Positions 61,358-64,000 of a stretch of DNA of 64,000 bases are shown piece by piece. Every line of letters begins with the position of its first letter. Position 1 is the first letter of the stretch. The position numbers and the translations under genes are program-made. Below the pieces are notes generated by a model. The model did no database searches, was not told the origin of the DNA, and saw only the letters and a list, made by a program, of their open reading frames with translations. Origin of the DNA: Gordius albopunctatus (Eukaryota); NCBI GenBank assembly GCA_964276515.1, contig OZ193909.1, forward strand, positions 12,896,001-12,960,000, given 5' to 3'.

Positions 61358-61865
61358 AGACAGGTCTACAGGTAAAAAGATCCTGTGTTCAGAAATTTTG
61401 CCCGAACGCGGCCCGGTCCGATTTTATAACTTGACCGCCCATGCCCTCTTTAATCCTTCCAAGAGTCCGCCCGGCTGTGTCCGACCTATTACTGCCCTAA
61501 CTGCCCGGTCGGAAATAACGATTCTTAGTAATATATTTTTATTTTCGAAAAATTAAAGATTTAATTCTTGTTTTTTTAAGATAAGAAACTCGATTTATAA
61601 ATATTATACAATATAAAAAAACTCCCAAAATAGTACACAAAGATAAAATAATACACTATATAAAAAATCTTATTACGCTTGAATTGCTCGAATCTTGTTA
61701 CGGTGCCCACACGGGTGTGCCGAAAATCGAATCTTACCACAATGGCCGGACCCGACACGGTCGGTGGGCTGGACTTTTCTTATGACCTATCTTTGTCATA
61801 TTATAAATAAAAATTATAAAAACTTATTGAGAAAATCCTGGCTAAGCACCCGACCCGACCTATCA
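61358..61865. mobile_element. Degenerate MITE with CCCGA/GGTCGG subterminal repeats
   Basis: Clusters of CCGACC/GGTCGG motifs at both ends of an AT-rich core; termini not resolved. Confidence 0.45.
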
Positions 61866-62300
61866 GTATATATAATTATATGTTATTTGAAATTAACCCC
61901 ACTTGTCACTTCCATTGGAACATTCTCTTTAGTTTATATTCTATTTAATTTACATTTGTTTAGTTTTTAACATTTTTGACGATTTATAATAATTATAATT
62001 TGTTTTTAACACCCTCTAAAATTCCCGATAATAAATCTGTGAAGAACAATTATGCCTATTATATAATTCGTTTACAAGTATTCTCCAACAGTGGGATAAT
62101 TAAAATCATGAATATTTAATATAATATTTTCAGAATCTTTATTATTTGTTTATTTATATCATTAGTTCAGTTTTTATCACAACGTACACTATTTTCTCAA
62201 TTTCGCCGAGCTGCTTTAAATATAAGTTAACATAAAAATATGTGCTCCCGTCAAGATTCGAACATGCAATCATGCAATACCAGTTACACATATCTATAGC

Positions 62301-62879
62301 TAGAGTCCTGTAAATTAGATTTTTTAAGGCCCGAGCCCGACCCGATTTCTTTTAAAGCGTAGTTGGTATCGGCTCAAATCCCGCTTTCGGCACTTTCATC
62401 CAAAAGATTTAAAATATATCACATCTTCAACACGGCTGTCAGGCTTGGATAGCCGAGAGTCATTCCTCATCCAAATATCTAAATAAGCTGACCATCTTGT
62501 GAGACAAACATTTATTGGAATGAATTGTATCTTAAACAAGAAAAAGTTTGGAATAAAATATCAAATTTTTCTTGCTACAAAATATTATTTAACTAATTAT
62601 TTTAACATAATATCTAACATTATAAAATCAAATTTTATTATTATTATTAATATTAAAGATTTAATAGCTACTGTGGATATTATATAGAGAAAATTTGCAT
62701 TTTTGAAAAATTATTTTGTTCATCTAAATCATGTTTTGTGAATGGGTACGGGCTTGTTTCGGGCCGGGTTCGGGCCTCGGGCTGCTCCATCAAGCCCGAC
62801 CAGAATCCTGCGCGAAACTCTTTTTAGCTGGTGCTGACTTGGACTGGATAAGGCTGTGGACGGCCCGTGCAGGACTTAA
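62301..62879. mobile_element. GGCCCG-family hAT-type MITE
   Basis: TAGAGTCCTG...CAGGACTTAA termini; perfect 8-bp TSD TCTATAGC. Confidence 0.85.
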
Positions 62880-63436
62880 TCTATAGCGTAAATACCTTAT
62901 AAAGTTGACATAATCTACATTAGAATGGAGTGGGGAGGGTGCCTACAGAGCAAAAAAAAAGAATAATATGCGCATTTATAAATCAAACTATCTTTGTTTG
63001 AGGTAACATTAATTATTATTAGTTTTTTAATTTTTTATTGGGCCCATTTATAGAATAGGGGAGACTGGGGCTATATGTTTAAAGGCGTCATACATGTCCT
63101 CTTAAATAATTTTGCCTTCAATTTTTAATCATAATTGTACTATATTAAGGCACTAGGCATAAAAAAAATTGGGTTAAATCTTATTCAAAAAAATATACAA
63201 AAAATACGATTTACCCTTTTAAAATTTTTGAATTTTGTAAATTACTTAAAAATGATGTGTTTCTTTAACTTTTACCAAATTTCATAATAGAAAGAATGGA
63301 CTTTATCATATGATTTATGTGTAAATGTATAGTTTTGAAGAATTTAATCATCTTTGAACACAACTTAAAGTGCAATGATCATTCCGGGACTAATATATAC
63401 CTATCTCGATTACTATGTGACGAGAAAATTAACTAT

Positions 63437-63478
63437 GGCATACTGATGAGCTCCAATAAGAGCGAAAACGTTATTGTT
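63437..63478 (+). ncRNA. Candidate minimal type I hammerhead ribozyme motif
   Basis: CTGATGA-GCTC-CAATAA-GAGC-GAAA-ACGT-TA; helix I imperfect. Confidence 0.5.
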
Positions 63479-64000
63479 TTTATTCTCTAGATACTTTTTA
63501 ACTTTGAATAACAGAAGACGCCTTAGCCCCTTTTGAAGGTCACCTTAACCTCGGTCTTTTTTCAAAGTTATACGATTTGTTTTTTTTTAAACATTCGTTT
63601 TAAAATATCTATTAACTGTATTTTCCATTAGATTTTATCCTATAATTAACATTGTGGACACGAACATTTTTTAGAAGAATTATATGAAAGGCTGAAAATA
63701 TTTTTTGTTTTATTATTTACCAATCTAATCATATTTTAATGACATCTTACTGAAAACTTTTAAGAGCAATAAAATAACATTTTTTGAATCAGTTTACTTG
63801 AAAATCTATTAAATGAATTCGTTAATAAATTTAAAAAAGCATTATCAAAAAGTTTATCCAACAAGAAAACAGATTTTTTCGATATTATTTATAAGAAATT
63901 AGATTGATTGTAAGTGAGCTATCATAAATTACAAAATTATAAATCAAATCTATAAGACACATTAGAAAAATATATGATTAAGTCCTTTGTTTTCTACCCT

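Noticed and set aside
58220..62520. Composite transposon carrying ISCU between inverted repeats
   Set aside because: The copies are diverged, lack a shared TSD, one sits inside an unrelated MITE, and a third partial copy exists near 53825

Overview
AT-rich eukaryotic, most likely invertebrate animal, genomic DNA with spliceosomal introns; the organism cannot be named from this window. Host genes: the 3' part of a divergent IFT122 (+), an intact tRNA-Sec (-), a TANGO2/NRDE-family gene lacking the usual N-terminal Cys and NRDE motif (+), an hnRNP L-family gene (-), an intronless peptide-type GPCR (+), TBC1D22 (+) and ISCU (-). Most other sequence is transposon-derived: CRE-type and RTE non-LTR elements, a decayed Gypsy LTR element, Helitrons, an internally deleted hAT, and many hAT, piggyBac and Tc1-type MITEs, often nested and with readable TSDs. 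Main leads: candidate poison exons in hnRNP L at the intron position vertebrates use for autoregulation; CpG depletion confined to the 5' exons of housekeeping genes; a 14-unit hairpin array in TANGO2 intron 1; a minimal hammerhead ribozyme core; and a locally templated chimeric patch. All exon models, alignments and counts were made by eye, and reference proteins were recalled from memory.
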